Assembly: GCF_004010195.1 (NCBI RefSeq)
Contig: NC_057751.1
Location: forward strand, 7,122,133 to 7,184,132
DNA from: Chiloscyllium plagiosum
Lineage: Eukaryota
Direction: 5' to 3'
DNA length: 62,000 bases
The position numbers and the translations under genes were made by a program. How positions within the stretch are numbered: position 1 is the first letter of the stretch; each line of letters opens with the position of its first letter. The notes under the pieces are model-generated. The model was not told where the DNA came from, searched no databases, and worked only from the letters and a program-made list of their open reading frames with translations. Shown piece by piece: positions 25,320 to 36,705 of this stretch.

Positions 25320-25408
25320 ATGATGTGGAGGTACCGGTGTTGGACTGGGGTGGACAAATTTTAAAATCATAACACCAGGGTTATAGTCCAACAGGTTTAT
25401 TTGGAATC
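25320..25408. mobile_element. Family B PLE terminal fragment
   Basis: tgatgtggaggtaccggtgttggactggggtggacaaa...ttatagtccaacaggtttatttgg. Confidence 0.6.
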
Positions 25409-26109
25409 ATTAAACATGTTCAGGGAGCTGGCAGAACATAATCAAGGGATGAACTGTCCAGCTTCAGCTCATCTCTGATCAGTTGGAGAAAAAAAACCAA
25501 ATGCCTACAATTGTTTATATGTTGCACATATCAGAGATTCAATCAATGTTATTTGCACAAAGCATTCATATTAATGTTTGCAATCCAATTAAGTGATCTA
25601 ATGGTTCATCGCGTCTTGCGAACTCTGTCCAATGTTGGCCTTGAGTAACATATCTGTCGAGCAACGAGGTGTATTTATTTAGAAAAAATGGTCAACTGCT
25701 TCGATCTGCTTCTGCGGCAGGTCATTGTTGTGATGTTAATGTTTTCCTAAGTGACCAAGTCACACAAGACATTCTGTCCCTACAGTAAGCTCGCTGGTGT
25801 CACTTTGTAATTATTTTTTAACTGGGCGCCTCTTCATGGATTGCAAACATGTCACTTTTGACAAGCTCTGTGTGGAGAAGGTAGACCTTTGGACCTGCAG
25901 CGTATGGATCAATGTTGAAAAATGAACCAAGTAATTTCTTATATATTCATAACTAAGGATGCAACTTGACTTCTTCCCCTCCCCCAGAAAGCAGCATCCA
26001 AACCAAAGCCACTGTTTTTCCAGTGCATTTGTCTCACCTCTAAGATCATACACTTGTTCAACTTCCTGAAGAACAATGGTGATTTGCATTTATACAGTTC
26101 AAAATACCA

Positions 26110-26620
26110 GTGCAACGTCACGGGAACACGAATTGAGAACTTTGGGCCACGATTTTAGCATTTGAAAGCCAGAGATGTCAGCAGCCGTGATCAGATGAGT
26201 GATCAAAGAGGCAGGTATTCAGGAGCATCCTCGGAAGTGGAGAGGTGGAGGTGATGAGGGAGGGAGTTTCAAAACTCAGAGCGGAGGTTGCTGAAGGCGT
26301 GGTCATCATTGATGCTGTGGTGATAAATAGGAGGGACGCACAAGAGGAGGAACAGATCTCCAGAGAGTTGGAGGAAGTTAGAGTCTGCAAGGGGCATGAA
26401 GGGATTTGAGAACAATGACAAGAATTTGAAATTTGAGGGACTGCCTGCCTGGGACCCAATGCAGGCCAGTGAGCACAGGCCTGATGGGCAAATGGGGTGT
26501 GGTGGGCCTCGCGACACAGAGTGTGTTTCGGAGGGGCTGGAGTTCATGACACTCAGAATGTCAGAGGCAGACCAGGAGCTTATCAGAATAATGGATTGAA
26601 AGAAAGGCGTCTTGTTAACT
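26110..26620 (-). mobile_element. Old L2/CR1-clade LINE fragment
   Basis: Reverse complement of the L2-like 3' region (gaggcaggtattcaggagcatc..agggagtttcaaa..gctgaaggc). Similar pieces at ~45290-45900 and ~48990-49620. Confidence 0.45.
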
Positions 26621-26889
26621 CTGAATGTTTGGTTACCCACTGCCCAACCCAACCAAAACATGAGCAGCATGGCCACTTCTGATAGGTCTTTGCAGAAATA
26701 GACAGGCCCAAATACATATCCAATATAAATGATATGGATAAAACTCAATCAACGCAATGGCATATAATGTCTACAACTTGCCGAGACTTACCTTGCTTTG
26801 TATCTTCCTAAAGTCTTCAAGCGAGAATACAAATGTACACACAGCAGGAAGAAAGTGTACTGAAGGACATTTCTCACAGAAATCAAGCG

Positions 26890-26895
26890 TTTATT
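26890..26895 (-). terminator. Polyadenylation signal of the CPEB gene
   Basis: AATAAA on the - strand at the end of an AU-rich block, with downstream ctttcttcctgctgtgtgtacatttgt. Confidence 0.65.
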
Positions 26896-26967
26896 TGGCA
26901 AATTCTCATTGTCAAACAATATACCTCAGACCTCATACATTTTTAATTTTACAGTGTGCATACTGTT

Positions 26968-26968
26968 T

Positions 26969-26999
<31 letters not shown>

Positions 27000-27006
27000 T
27001 TATATA
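26968..27006. repeat. (TA)n microsatellite, interrupted
   Basis: tatatatatatatatatatatttatatatatttatata. Confidence 0.9.
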
Positions 27007-28384
27007 GGTTATCTCCCAACTAAACTAAAAGATAAATTATCTGTCAGTCTTTGCAGAACCGAAATATACTTATTTTAGAGAAAAAAAATAAGATTTTAAA
27101 ATTGAAAAAAAAACTGAGGTATCTACTAGATATCTACAGAGTCACATGTCCATGTTTAACATTACATACAAGCATTAGTAATAGAAAACATCACTGGACA
27201 TTAAAGTTGCGATACAAAAATACAAAAATCATGTGACTCTTTAGTAGAAAAAGCAGCATCTCATTTTTTTGATTTATATCTTTTCTTTACAAAACTGCTA
27301 AAATCTAGTTCAAGTGTCAATTATACCAAACACTGGTAGTTCAGTTAAGGGGCGGGGTGGGGGGAGGAGGGTTTGAATTATTACATTAATGCAAGAGCAG
27401 ATACACCAGTTGTTGTACAAAAAGAAAATTACACTTTCCCTGTTCCCTTCTAAGCGTCCTCCCCGAAATTTCCCAATGGCTTTTCAATCCTTCTCCTCCA
27501 GACCACACCACAATTTATGATACTTCTGCCTCATCACCTCAGAACCACCATCACTTACCTGCTCCTTCAACCAGATTCCCCACAACCGCGAGATCACAGA
27601 ACATGCCTCACAGAAGCCAGTCAACACATTGCCACAAATGTGTCCACCAGCCCTCTGCAGACTCAACATGACGACCCACTCTTGGCAACTGTCTTCTGTG
27701 ACAATTTTTCACATCCCTTCAATACGTTGGGTGAGACTGCATCTCGTTCAGCCTCATTTTCTGCTCATCCCCTCTGCCACATGTTCAGCCACACCGGCAC
27801 TCAGGAGGGAAGCCCTGGCTGGCTGACTCATCACCTCCTCCGTGATCTGCAGCTGCCTCATCTGAGACTAGAAATGCTCAACAAATGTACCAAGTCTCAG
27901 TGTTTCCACTGCTTAGTCTAATCTGTTGCTTCCTGAAGTTCTTCCATCTCAACAGACCAAGGTGGGGGGGGAGGGGGGGGGGGGGGGGGGAAGGGGAAAA
28001 GAAAGTCAGAGGTGAGGAAACTCTCACTGCCCACCTCGAAAAATCTCTCAAACTAAATCTCATTTGGGGCTATCATTTATCTCAGATGGATACATACTGC
28101 AGAGCGCTTGGAACCACCTTATCTGAAGGTGTCTCTCAAATCTCTTTTCTAAATAAGAAAACACCTTTTCTAATCAGATGAAACTAAAAAGGAAAATCAA
28201 TAAACAAATGAACTCTCGGCCTCAGTGGCCACTGCCTGGCATCCCTGTTTCTCTCTCTCTCTGTCAGGAGTTCGATCAGAAACTTCCAACAAGAAACTTT
28301 GGTGTCTGTGAATGTCCAAGGGACAAAACTGTACAGTTACCATGGTCTGTTTTTTTTGGGGTGGGGGGGGAAAAGAGAGGAGCA

Positions 28385-28420
28385 GAGAGAGAGAGAGAGA
28401 GTGTGTGTGTGTGTGCGCGC
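28385..28420. repeat. (GA)n(GT)n(GC)n compound microsatellite
   Basis: gagagagagagagagagtgtgtgtgtgtgtgcgcgc. Confidence 0.9.
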
Positions 28421-31400
28421 GTGTCTGAGAGAGGGAAGGGGAGAGACAAAGAAAATGCACTCACAGTTGCCACAGTGCAGAGGTTAGTGTGCTGCATTGA
28501 GCAGAGGCTGACTGTTGAATAGAGGCATTGGTAGTGGCTTGTCAAGGGCTTGTGCAACAGGGAAAGCTAAACAATAGAATGGAGACATAATCAAGTAACT
28601 GCTCCCATCACTCTCTCTATATTGGCAGTGATCAGATAGCCTAAGGGACATAACATGGATTAGTGAAGAACAAAAAACAAATGAACCAAGGAATAAGTTA
28701 ACAAACAGCATGCATGTCTTTGCACTCAGACAAAGAGTAAGGTGGCTTTCATTGTGTTACTATTTAGTGTTGAGGTGTGGTGTGGTGATGGGAGGTGGTG
28801 GTAAAAGGTTGTCTGTGCAAAGTGAAATCAATGTGACATTTGGTTCCTAACAGCTGCAGCCAACTTCTGGACTGATGCTCCTTCTGCTTCCAACAACGTG
28901 TCCATGAGGGTGATCTTCTAATGATCCAATGAATAAACAATCTACAACATGCTATTCAACCACACAGCTGTACTGTGGCCACCCTTCCTTCAATCCAGAC
29001 ACAAAGGGCCCGTGGACAGAAGGAATACCCTTGACTTGTCTCTCACCTTCCGATATGCAGGGTGCACTCTGAATACAATCTCAGATCGACAGACTTAAGC
29101 CAGGCTTTCGATGATCGACTCATCAATGGTTATGCACTGGGAAACATGACGAGCACTGCTCAAATAAATCCAAGCCCAGGAAGGTTCAGTTCTCCTGGCT
29201 GCAGGATGCACACCGGGCATTGAGAATGAGCAATGCATGCGGGACTGAGAGAGAGAGAGACAGGGTGCACTCATTTGGGTCAAAACCAAAATAAGGAATA
29301 GCACAATTCTTACAGATAGCTTGGGCTGGGAGGTGTGATTCAGCAGGTGCTAACATGTGCTGCACTATCTCCCCATGGACACAATGCATTGGACACACCA
29401 CCAACCAGAGGATGTGGTTCAGGGAATACCCATCTATATCCACACTCCACATGAAGTACAAAGTGAAGTTTCAGTACAAGGACAGGCTACGGCTCATCCC
29501 ATGTTGAGGCAGCAAAGTGCAGTGTCCGAGATGGGATTGACCAATAACCCAGTGAAAGGCACAAGAAGTAGTACCATCTGGTGAACGGGAGAGATGGGAG
29601 AAAGGTTTGTCTGTGCTGCTAAAGACCAGCCCAGGGATTTGTAAGGAATTCTTCAAGTAACATTCAATACTGTCGCAGGAATTGTGCCTGAAGGCTGAGA
29701 ACTCTTGTCCCCAAGACTTGGAGAAAGCATCAAAAATCCAGCCGGGAAACTCAAACTGTGCACAATGAAGAGGTGATGGACTGGGTAGCAGACATCCGTT
29801 TCTCACTGCGAAATTGAGAGTAAGCTAAGAAAACAAAATTGCCCCAATAGGACTAAAAATGGGCAATTGCACAAAAATGTTTCACCTGGATGTCATGCAC
29901 CAGCTTCCATGGCAATCTCCTTCTCCCATCCTGCACCAGTGTCCTAGCTTCACACTTCCACATGTGACCCAGATCTTGTATGTCTTTTGGTACAGTTTCC
30001 CTATCCTATGGGACAATCATGCTATGACAATGACTTGGTTGGAATAGGAGTTGTGACAGAGTGCACAGGTACTAAGCACTCACCAAGTAAGTGGAGACTA
30101 TTCTGGTAAAACTTCTGTTGCACAGTTTTTAAATGTAGATAGATATTGCTCCAATTGCCAGCCCAAGCTGAGGTCAAGAGGTCAACGCTTGTCCCAAGAT
30201 GACATTACAGGCAAAGACCAGCTGAGTGATTGCATGAAGGCGCCAAATCTCCCAGAACAAGGGAGCACAAAGCTGTGCACTCCCCAAAGAACTAATCTGT
30301 GATTGTCACAGAGTCTTGCGTTTGTGTGTGTTCCCAGAGGAGCTTTATTCACACTGACCATCCAAGAATACCTCAGCAAAGGGAAAGATGCTAACTGATG
30401 AGGAACAAACAATGCCCATTTCAGATGCTGAGCATCAGCAGCAACCATAGTCTGGTGGCAAATCCCTGGAATGAAATGCCCCCTCTTATGCCCCAGTAGT
30501 GTGTTTCAGGCTCCAAACCCATTTCAACTGAGTGCCACAATTGCAGAGATGTGGTCTGTGCTCAAGTCTACTTGGATTTGAACTGAGATCGTCCTCCAAC
30601 TCAGTCTGTGCAGGAGCCTCATTACCAAATAAAACTGTCAAGATACATTGCACATACGAACATAATACAATCGGACATCCAGTTCCCTTCAAATTAAGAT
30701 TTGATTTACTTTTCTTACAAGTGCTACTTCCTATCCTGGACACCAGTGCCTTTGAGAAGAGGATTCGAGATGGTCAACAGACAACACTAGCTCACGGGAC
30801 AAACTGCTCAAGTAACGTCAATATCTCCCATCAATGCTGAATACATTCAAAATTCTGGATTTTTTTAAAAATCAGGCAAGTGGCCCTCGTAAGACAACCA
30901 GAGGTACATAAGTTTCAATCATTAAACCAGAAGTTGCAAACACAAGATGCAGAGACTCCCCATCACGCTACATATCCTGAGTCTTGAACATGTTTTGACA
31001 ACCCCACCAAAGCAGACATTTGTCATGCCTGCATCTGGAAACGATGTCGCTCGCAATCCTATTCCCAGACCCTATACGGCAGTTGTCTCCAGCAACTACC
31101 AGAAACCTCAACTCGTGACACTGCTTCCGAATTCCTGCGACAGAGCCATCAAAATGAGAGTCGCTCACTCAGCAGAAACCAGCGGAAGGCTAAGTGTGTG
31201 AGAGAGGATCAGTGACACACAGGTTGTGCTTGTACAGCCATGGGCTGTCAGATCCGTCACACAGGAGGAAAGGGGTCTCCATCTTTGCCCAGCTCAGCCA
31301 TCCTGGCTGTCAACAATTACCCAAGCACTGCAGCATCCCGGCACACTCCACTGATGTATTTCCACACCACTTTGATCAATGCATGCACTCTGCCATTGCT

Positions 31401-31894
31401 GCCCCCTCACTCAACAGCACAATTCATTCCCACCACATTCTCCCCCAGCCCACTACCCCAGCACACTCAATACCTCACACTGTTGCCCACACCATCAATC
31501 CCTGTACCCAGAATCACACTGCTTGGTGCATTCAATTAAAGCCCCCTCCCCACCCCTACTCGCCCCAAAATAAAAAGATGAAAACAATTTGATAGGTGGA
31601 GGACTGCAAAAAAAAAACACTATTACACCTTCATTTTTATACATCTGCACTAACAAAATGAGTGAACAGGCAAAGCCAGATTTGTTTCTTGTTTTTAAAA
31701 AAAAAACAAATATATACTGGGTTGGAAATTCTGTGCTCAAACACTTCTAGATAAAGGAACGGCAGGTTAACAAGTAGCCACTAAATATTGATTGGCGGGT
31801 CCCACAAATTGGTGCCCTCCTTTCCCAAAAAGGGGTGGGTGGGGTGTGGGTGAGGAGGTTGTGGGGGAGTGGGAGACAGGAGACAGGGCCACGC

Positions 31895-32122
31895 TCAGCT
31901 CCAGTGGAACGGGAGCTGTCGCAGCCTCTCCCCGCCCTCCTTCACCAGTGGCTTGTGGTATTCACGACCAGCCTGGGAATGGATGCTCGTCCAGCAGTAG
32001 TCACAGTAGTACTGCAGGCATGTGATGTTGGCGCAGAAGAAAGGGGCAAACTTGCCGTTGCAGTGGGCGCCCTGGCATTCATCGCACAGCTGGTCCACCA
32101 AGACGTAGGGCTTCACCTCCAC
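31895..32122 (-). CDS. CPEB2/3/4-subfamily protein, last coding exon (ZZ zinc finger)
   Basis: ccag|GTG GAG, 228 nt. VEVKPYVLVDQLCDECQGAHCNGKFAPFFCANITCLQYYCDYCWTSIHSQAGREYHKPLVKEGGERLRQLPFHWS*. The Cys/His zinc ligands are intact. Confidence 0.96.
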   Translation of the reverse strand: MEVKPYVLVDQLCDECQGAHCNGKFAPFFCANITCLQYYCDYCWTSIHSQAGREYHKPLVKEGGERLRQLPFHWS

Positions 32123-32889
32123 CTGGCCAGTGACAGAAAGCAAAGACAGTCAGCAACATGTCTCCTTGCCCGTTCCCCCAACCTGACCGCCCCTTCGATC
32201 CAAAGACACCACCTCTGGTCATTATTGTTTTGAGAGGGGAAAACAAAAAGAATGGCGACAGGACGTGATGTCTCCAATTGCACTCTGGAAGGTCGTGCTG
32301 AGTTGCCTTCTGGAATGCAATAGAAGCCACCTCAGAGGGCAGTGAAGTGGGGGTCAACCTTATAAATGTGGGTCAGACAGGTTAAGGATGGGACACCCCT
32401 CCCCCGTCTCTTTCTGGGCAATGTTGAATTAGATGGGGTTATTTTGTTTCCTGACAACCTAGTTTATTTGGTCACCATTTCAATGCTTTGGTTCTTGCTT
32501 TCACTTGTGGGATGTGAATATCGCTGGCTTGCCCTGGAGAAGATGGTGGTGAATTCACACCCATAGTGCTGATGGCTAATATACTTCCAAGTTAGCATGG
32601 AGGGGGGAGTCGCGGGTGAGGATGTTCTCATGTATTTTCTGCCCTGTCCTTCCAGATGGAAATGATTGCGGGTTTGGAAGATGCTGTTTGAGCAGCCTTG
32701 ATGAAAAAGAATATCGGTAATGTTGACCATAAAATGAATCCGATTGTCCTAAAATGGTCACGAGATGGCGTTTTAACTTTCAATTCCAAATGTATTTAAT
32801 TTCAATTCGCAGCTGGTGTGGTGAGACTTAAAGTTTTGACTCATCACCCTCAATCAGGCCTCTGGATTAAGTTTCCAGGTTCAGTCACA

Positions 32890-33135
32890 TTCTGAGGTTT
32901 GAGTGTCTAAGATCAAGGCTGATCAACTTACGAGTGGGCAGGACTGAGAGAGAACTGCACTGTCAGAGATGCTGCCTTTCAGTGGAGACATTAAACTGAG
33001 GTCCTGTTGTCCTCATCAGGTGAACGTTAAACTTGGTACAGTACCATTTTGTAGAAAAGCAGTCGAGTTATCCCTGGTCTCCTCACCGATACCTATCCCT
33101 TAATCAACATTACAAAAATACTTTATCTTGTCATT
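32890..33135 (+). mobile_element. Deu-domain SINE (SacSINE1/AmnSINE1-related)
   Basis: ctgcactgtcagagatgctgcctttcagtggagacattaaactgaggtcctg..tcaggtgaacgttaaa..tatcccttaatcaacat matches the Deu central domain as I recall it. Confidence 0.7.
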
Positions 33136-33186
33136 GTTTATGATATGTCTGAATGTCACCAGCCTTTGATCTGACCACGACCAAGG

Positions 33187-33962
33187 TGAAATAACTCTAA
33201 GGAGTCAGGTATCGTGTCACGAAGCCACCCTTTTCTTTATATGTGGTTAGCCAGCACAGAGCCGGTCCCTAGAATCAGGAGACTCTTTGAATCCCTGTTT
33301 ATTTTATTTTATTTTATTTTATTTTCAGGATTTTAAATTTTGTTTATTAAATGAATACACCCACCTTAAGTTTCCTCACAAACTTGAATGGGAAACAGTC
33401 TTCTCAAATACAGCAAATTGATGAGACAACTCATATGAGAAAGTAAACTTCAGATAGTATACTCTACCTGATTATTTTTCTGACACGATCTTTAGCAGCT
33501 TTTAGTCTGAGAGAATTAACATTTTCCCATAAGATTCTAAAGGGAAAATCTGAGCCTAGCATATTAACTAGCCAGGTCACTTTGCCCTCCAGAAGTAAGA
33601 TAAGTTTGAAAGGCAAAGATGAATGTTTTCGCTTACACGTGCGAAATCAATAAGTTCCCAACCAGTAACCACTTGAATGATTTTACCACTACCTTTTTTT
33701 AAAAATACATTTGGTCAAACAGTATCACCCAATTCAATGAAAAACATCTCACTGCACCTTATTCACATCTTCAAGACGAGCTTTTATTTTAGGAAGTCCT
33801 AACTATACACCAATATTCTTTTCTCGCAAATTCAAATGCATGTTTTGAATTCTTGTTTATAGCTATCAGCCAGGGCTCCCTGATAGGACCAGGGTTAATA
33901 ATCCCAATGAGTGAACTCAGTCAGTCAATGAGATCCACCTGGCCTTGGATCCAATCACTACA
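33187..33962 (-). mobile_element. Solo LTR (same family as 6994-7229), split by a ~540-bp insertion
   Basis: On the - strand TGTAGTGATTG...GTTATTTCA. Exact TSD CAAGG at 33182-33186 and 33963-33967. Confidence 0.85.
33301..33843 (-). mobile_element. Retroposed polyadenylated fragment of unknown source
   Basis: On the - strand: AATAAA (33348-33343), 17 nt, then an (AAAAT)5 tail. Flanking direct repeats 33286-33302 and 33844-33860 match at 15 of 17 positions. Confidence 0.75.
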
Positions 33963-34614
33963 CAAGGCCCACGCACTAAGTGCATGTCTGACCCTGTGTA
34001 ATGATCTAGTCTTTGAACCCCAGATAGCACAGGGCTGTTCCAACAGCAATCCATGAATTTTCTGTGCATGGATAATTTGCGTGACTGCTCTCCTTGAACC
34101 AGTAAAGAGGTGAAGTCATTGTGTACGCCAGACTCTCCACAAAATGAGCAAGAGTACAGCCGGAAATCATCAGAGCGTGAAGATTTTGCCACATAAATTA
34201 CTGAATCAGATGGAACTGAACATGGTCAGTATGTGTTGCTGTGCACAAATAACTTGGTTTCTACTGGGAAAATACTTCCCCCACAAATCAGTTTCCTTTC
34301 CACTGTTGTCCTTCTGATTTGAGCACATGACTGTACTCCAACACAAACGAGGAGTGCACCGGTTCCTGTGACCAGTCAAAGATTAATACCTCAAGACACA
34401 AGAATGTGCAGTTCTGGTCTCCCTCTTATCAGGAGGATGTTGTGAAACTTGGAAGGGTTCAGGAAAGATTTACAAGGATGTTGCCAAGGTTGGACAGGTT
34501 AAACTATAGGGAGAGGCTTAATAGACTGGGGCTGTTATCTCTGGAGCGTCAGAGGCTGAGGGGTGACCTTATAGAGATTTATAAAATCATGGATAGGATA
34601 AATAGACAAGGTCT

Positions 34615-35162
34615 AGATTAGAGTGGTGCTGGAAAAGCACAGCAGGTCAGGTGAAGCAGGAAAATCGACGTTTCCGGCAAAGGCCCTTCATCAGGAATAG
34701 AGGCAGGGAGCCTGCAGAGTGGAGAGATAAATGAGAGAAGGGTGGGGAGAAAGTAGCATAGAGTACAATGGGTGAATGGGGTTGGGGATGGAGGTGATAG
34801 GGTGGAGTGGATAGGTGGAAAGGAAGATAGGCAGGTAGGACAGGTCATGAGGGCAGTGCTGAGCTGGAAGGTTGGAGCTGGGATGAGGTGAGGGAAGGGG
34901 AAATGAGGAAACTGGTGAAATCCACATTGATGCAATAGTGTTGAAGTGTTCCGAGGCGCAAGATGAGGCGTTCTTCCTCCAGCCGCTGGGTGGTGAGGGA
35001 GCAGCGGTGGAGGAGGCCCAGGACCTGCGTGTCCTCGGCTGAGTGGAGGGGGAGTTGAAATGTTGGGCCACAGGGTGGTGGAGTTGATTGGTGTGGGTGT
35101 CCCGGAGATGTTCCCGAAAGCGCTCTGCTAGGAGATGTCCAGTCTCCCCAGTGCAGAGGAGA
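34615..35162 (-). mobile_element. Penelope-like element 3' fragment: GIY-YIG endonuclease remnant plus terminal repeat (family A)
   Basis: LLCTGETGHLLAERFREHLRD...PVAQHFNSPS is the decayed YIGET..RFxEH motif of the PLE GIY-YIG domain. It is followed by a pyrimidine-rich tract and the hammerhead-bearing end. Confidence 0.88.
34661..34698 (-). ncRNA. Minimal type I hammerhead ribozyme motif (PLE-type)
   Basis: attc-CTGATGA-A-GGGCCTTTGCCG-GAAA-C-GTC-gatt. Core intact, the closing pair of helix II is mutated, short helix I (ATTC/GATT). Confidence 0.6.
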
Positions 35163-36705
35163 CTTCCCTGCGTTGGGGGGAGCCCAAAACTAGAGGACAT
35201 AGGCATAGGGTGCAAGAGGAGAGATTTGCAAGGAACTTAAGGGACAACTTTTTCACACAAGAGGGTGGTCAGTGTATGGAATGAGCTGCGAGAGGAAGTG
35301 GTGGAGACTGGTACAATTACAACATTTTAAAGGCATCTGGATGGGTATATGATAAGGAAGGGTTTAGAGGGATACAGGCCAAATGCTGACAAATGGAACG
35401 AGATTAGGTTAGGATATGGATCAAAGGGTTGGTCTATGTGCTATACATCACCAGAACTCTCTTAATTCCTCAAAATATAGGAACATAAACAGAGGCTTTT
35501 CTACAAGTACCCACCAGAGGGCAGCCTGTACCAGCAAAAAACTCCCAAACGTTTGTGCTAATTTTGACTGACAATTCTTTCGCATAACTAGTTCCTTACA
35601 GCACCATATCTAGAGTCTCAAAATTTCAGGGTGCTTCAATATTGAGTTTCAGTGAATTGTAAGCAAAGAGCAGCCATCATCATCACAGTCACAGCCCACC
35701 ATTAAGCAAAAAAATCCCTAATTTTGATCAACGCTCTTTTGAAAAATGAGGCCTGAGGGATTTACATCTCCCATTTGCCAAATTCACACACACTGTCTTT
35801 ACCAAACACTGTAACCTGTGGATCAGCATCTTGACAAAAGTGCAAGTCACCACAGAAGTGCCTGCACTCTCTGCTGCCCTCTCATGGCAGCCTGCAGTGG
35901 ACCTGGCCAGAGAATCTCAACCCTTTCAGCTCTGAGGACTCAAGGAGTTGGTCACAGAACCAGGCTGATGGCGAGCGGAGAGCAAGGGCAAAATGAGAGA
36001 CAGAGGATTCAGGACTCCATACGGTTCAGTTTTTAAGCTATGATGTAATTTACAAGTTTAACAACAGCTGCAACTTGACTGACATTTCCTACCTCACCCG
36101 CCCAAAAAAAAAACAAATCGTTTGTTTGGCAAATTGACCGATTTGCGAACGATCATAGAATCTCGCAGGACTTGAAGGAGGTCAATCAACACATCACATC
36201 TGTGTCAGCTCTTTGGAAGAGACATCCAGTTAATCTCAGTCACACTGTCTTCGTGCACAATCCTGCCCTTTCTGACTTCTTCAAGTTTAAATCCTGTCCA
36301 CTTTTGAACCAAGTAATTTCCACTTGCTCAGGCCGTGCACTCAGCCAGTGCCTTCCAGATCGTTATTCAGCAAAGGATTTTAAAAGAAACGCAGTCAAGC
36401 TACTGAGCCTACATTCAAGAAGCTAAGTCATAATTGGCTCAGATCACATACAGAGTCTGGATTTGTCAGGCTGCAGATAGGATATCCAATCTTACCATCC
36501 CCCTGTATACAGCTAAGTTCAATAAAGCCTGCTGCTGTTCTCCCACCTAAATGTGGATCTTACCTTACTACTTTCACACTTCTTTATCTGTCACGATATT
36601 CTCAGTTGCTCACCACCTATATTTTCAATGGGGCTTTTGTCACTGTTGGTTTCTGCCTTGACTGAATTAAAAATGTACTAATTTAGTACCTCTGCCATAG
36701 CCTTT

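Larger units (their letters stand above)
26870..31894 (-). other. Putative ~5 kb 3' UTR of the CPEB gene
   Basis: Runs from the stop codon to AATAAA (26895-26890 on -) followed by a GU/U-rich tract. No recognisable transposon. Contains CPE-like, Pumilio and miRNA seed motifs. Confidence 0.7.
34403..35460 (+). mobile_element. CR1-type LINE 3' fragment interrupted by a PLE
   Basis: VQFWSPSYQEDVVKLGRVQERFTRMLP..RLRGDLIEIYKIM. The LINE resumes at ~35163. Confidence 0.85.

Noticed and set aside
27961..27996. Poly-G run as a functional G-quadruplex
   Set aside because: It reads as poly-C in the CPEB mRNA, similar runs occur at ~2747, ~8665 and ~57840, and homopolymer lengths are error-prone.
27484..31600. 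Many 60-130 aa ORFs on both strands
   Set aside because: They fall within the inferred CPEB 3' UTR, are low-complexity or microsatellite-driven, and show no protein motifs.
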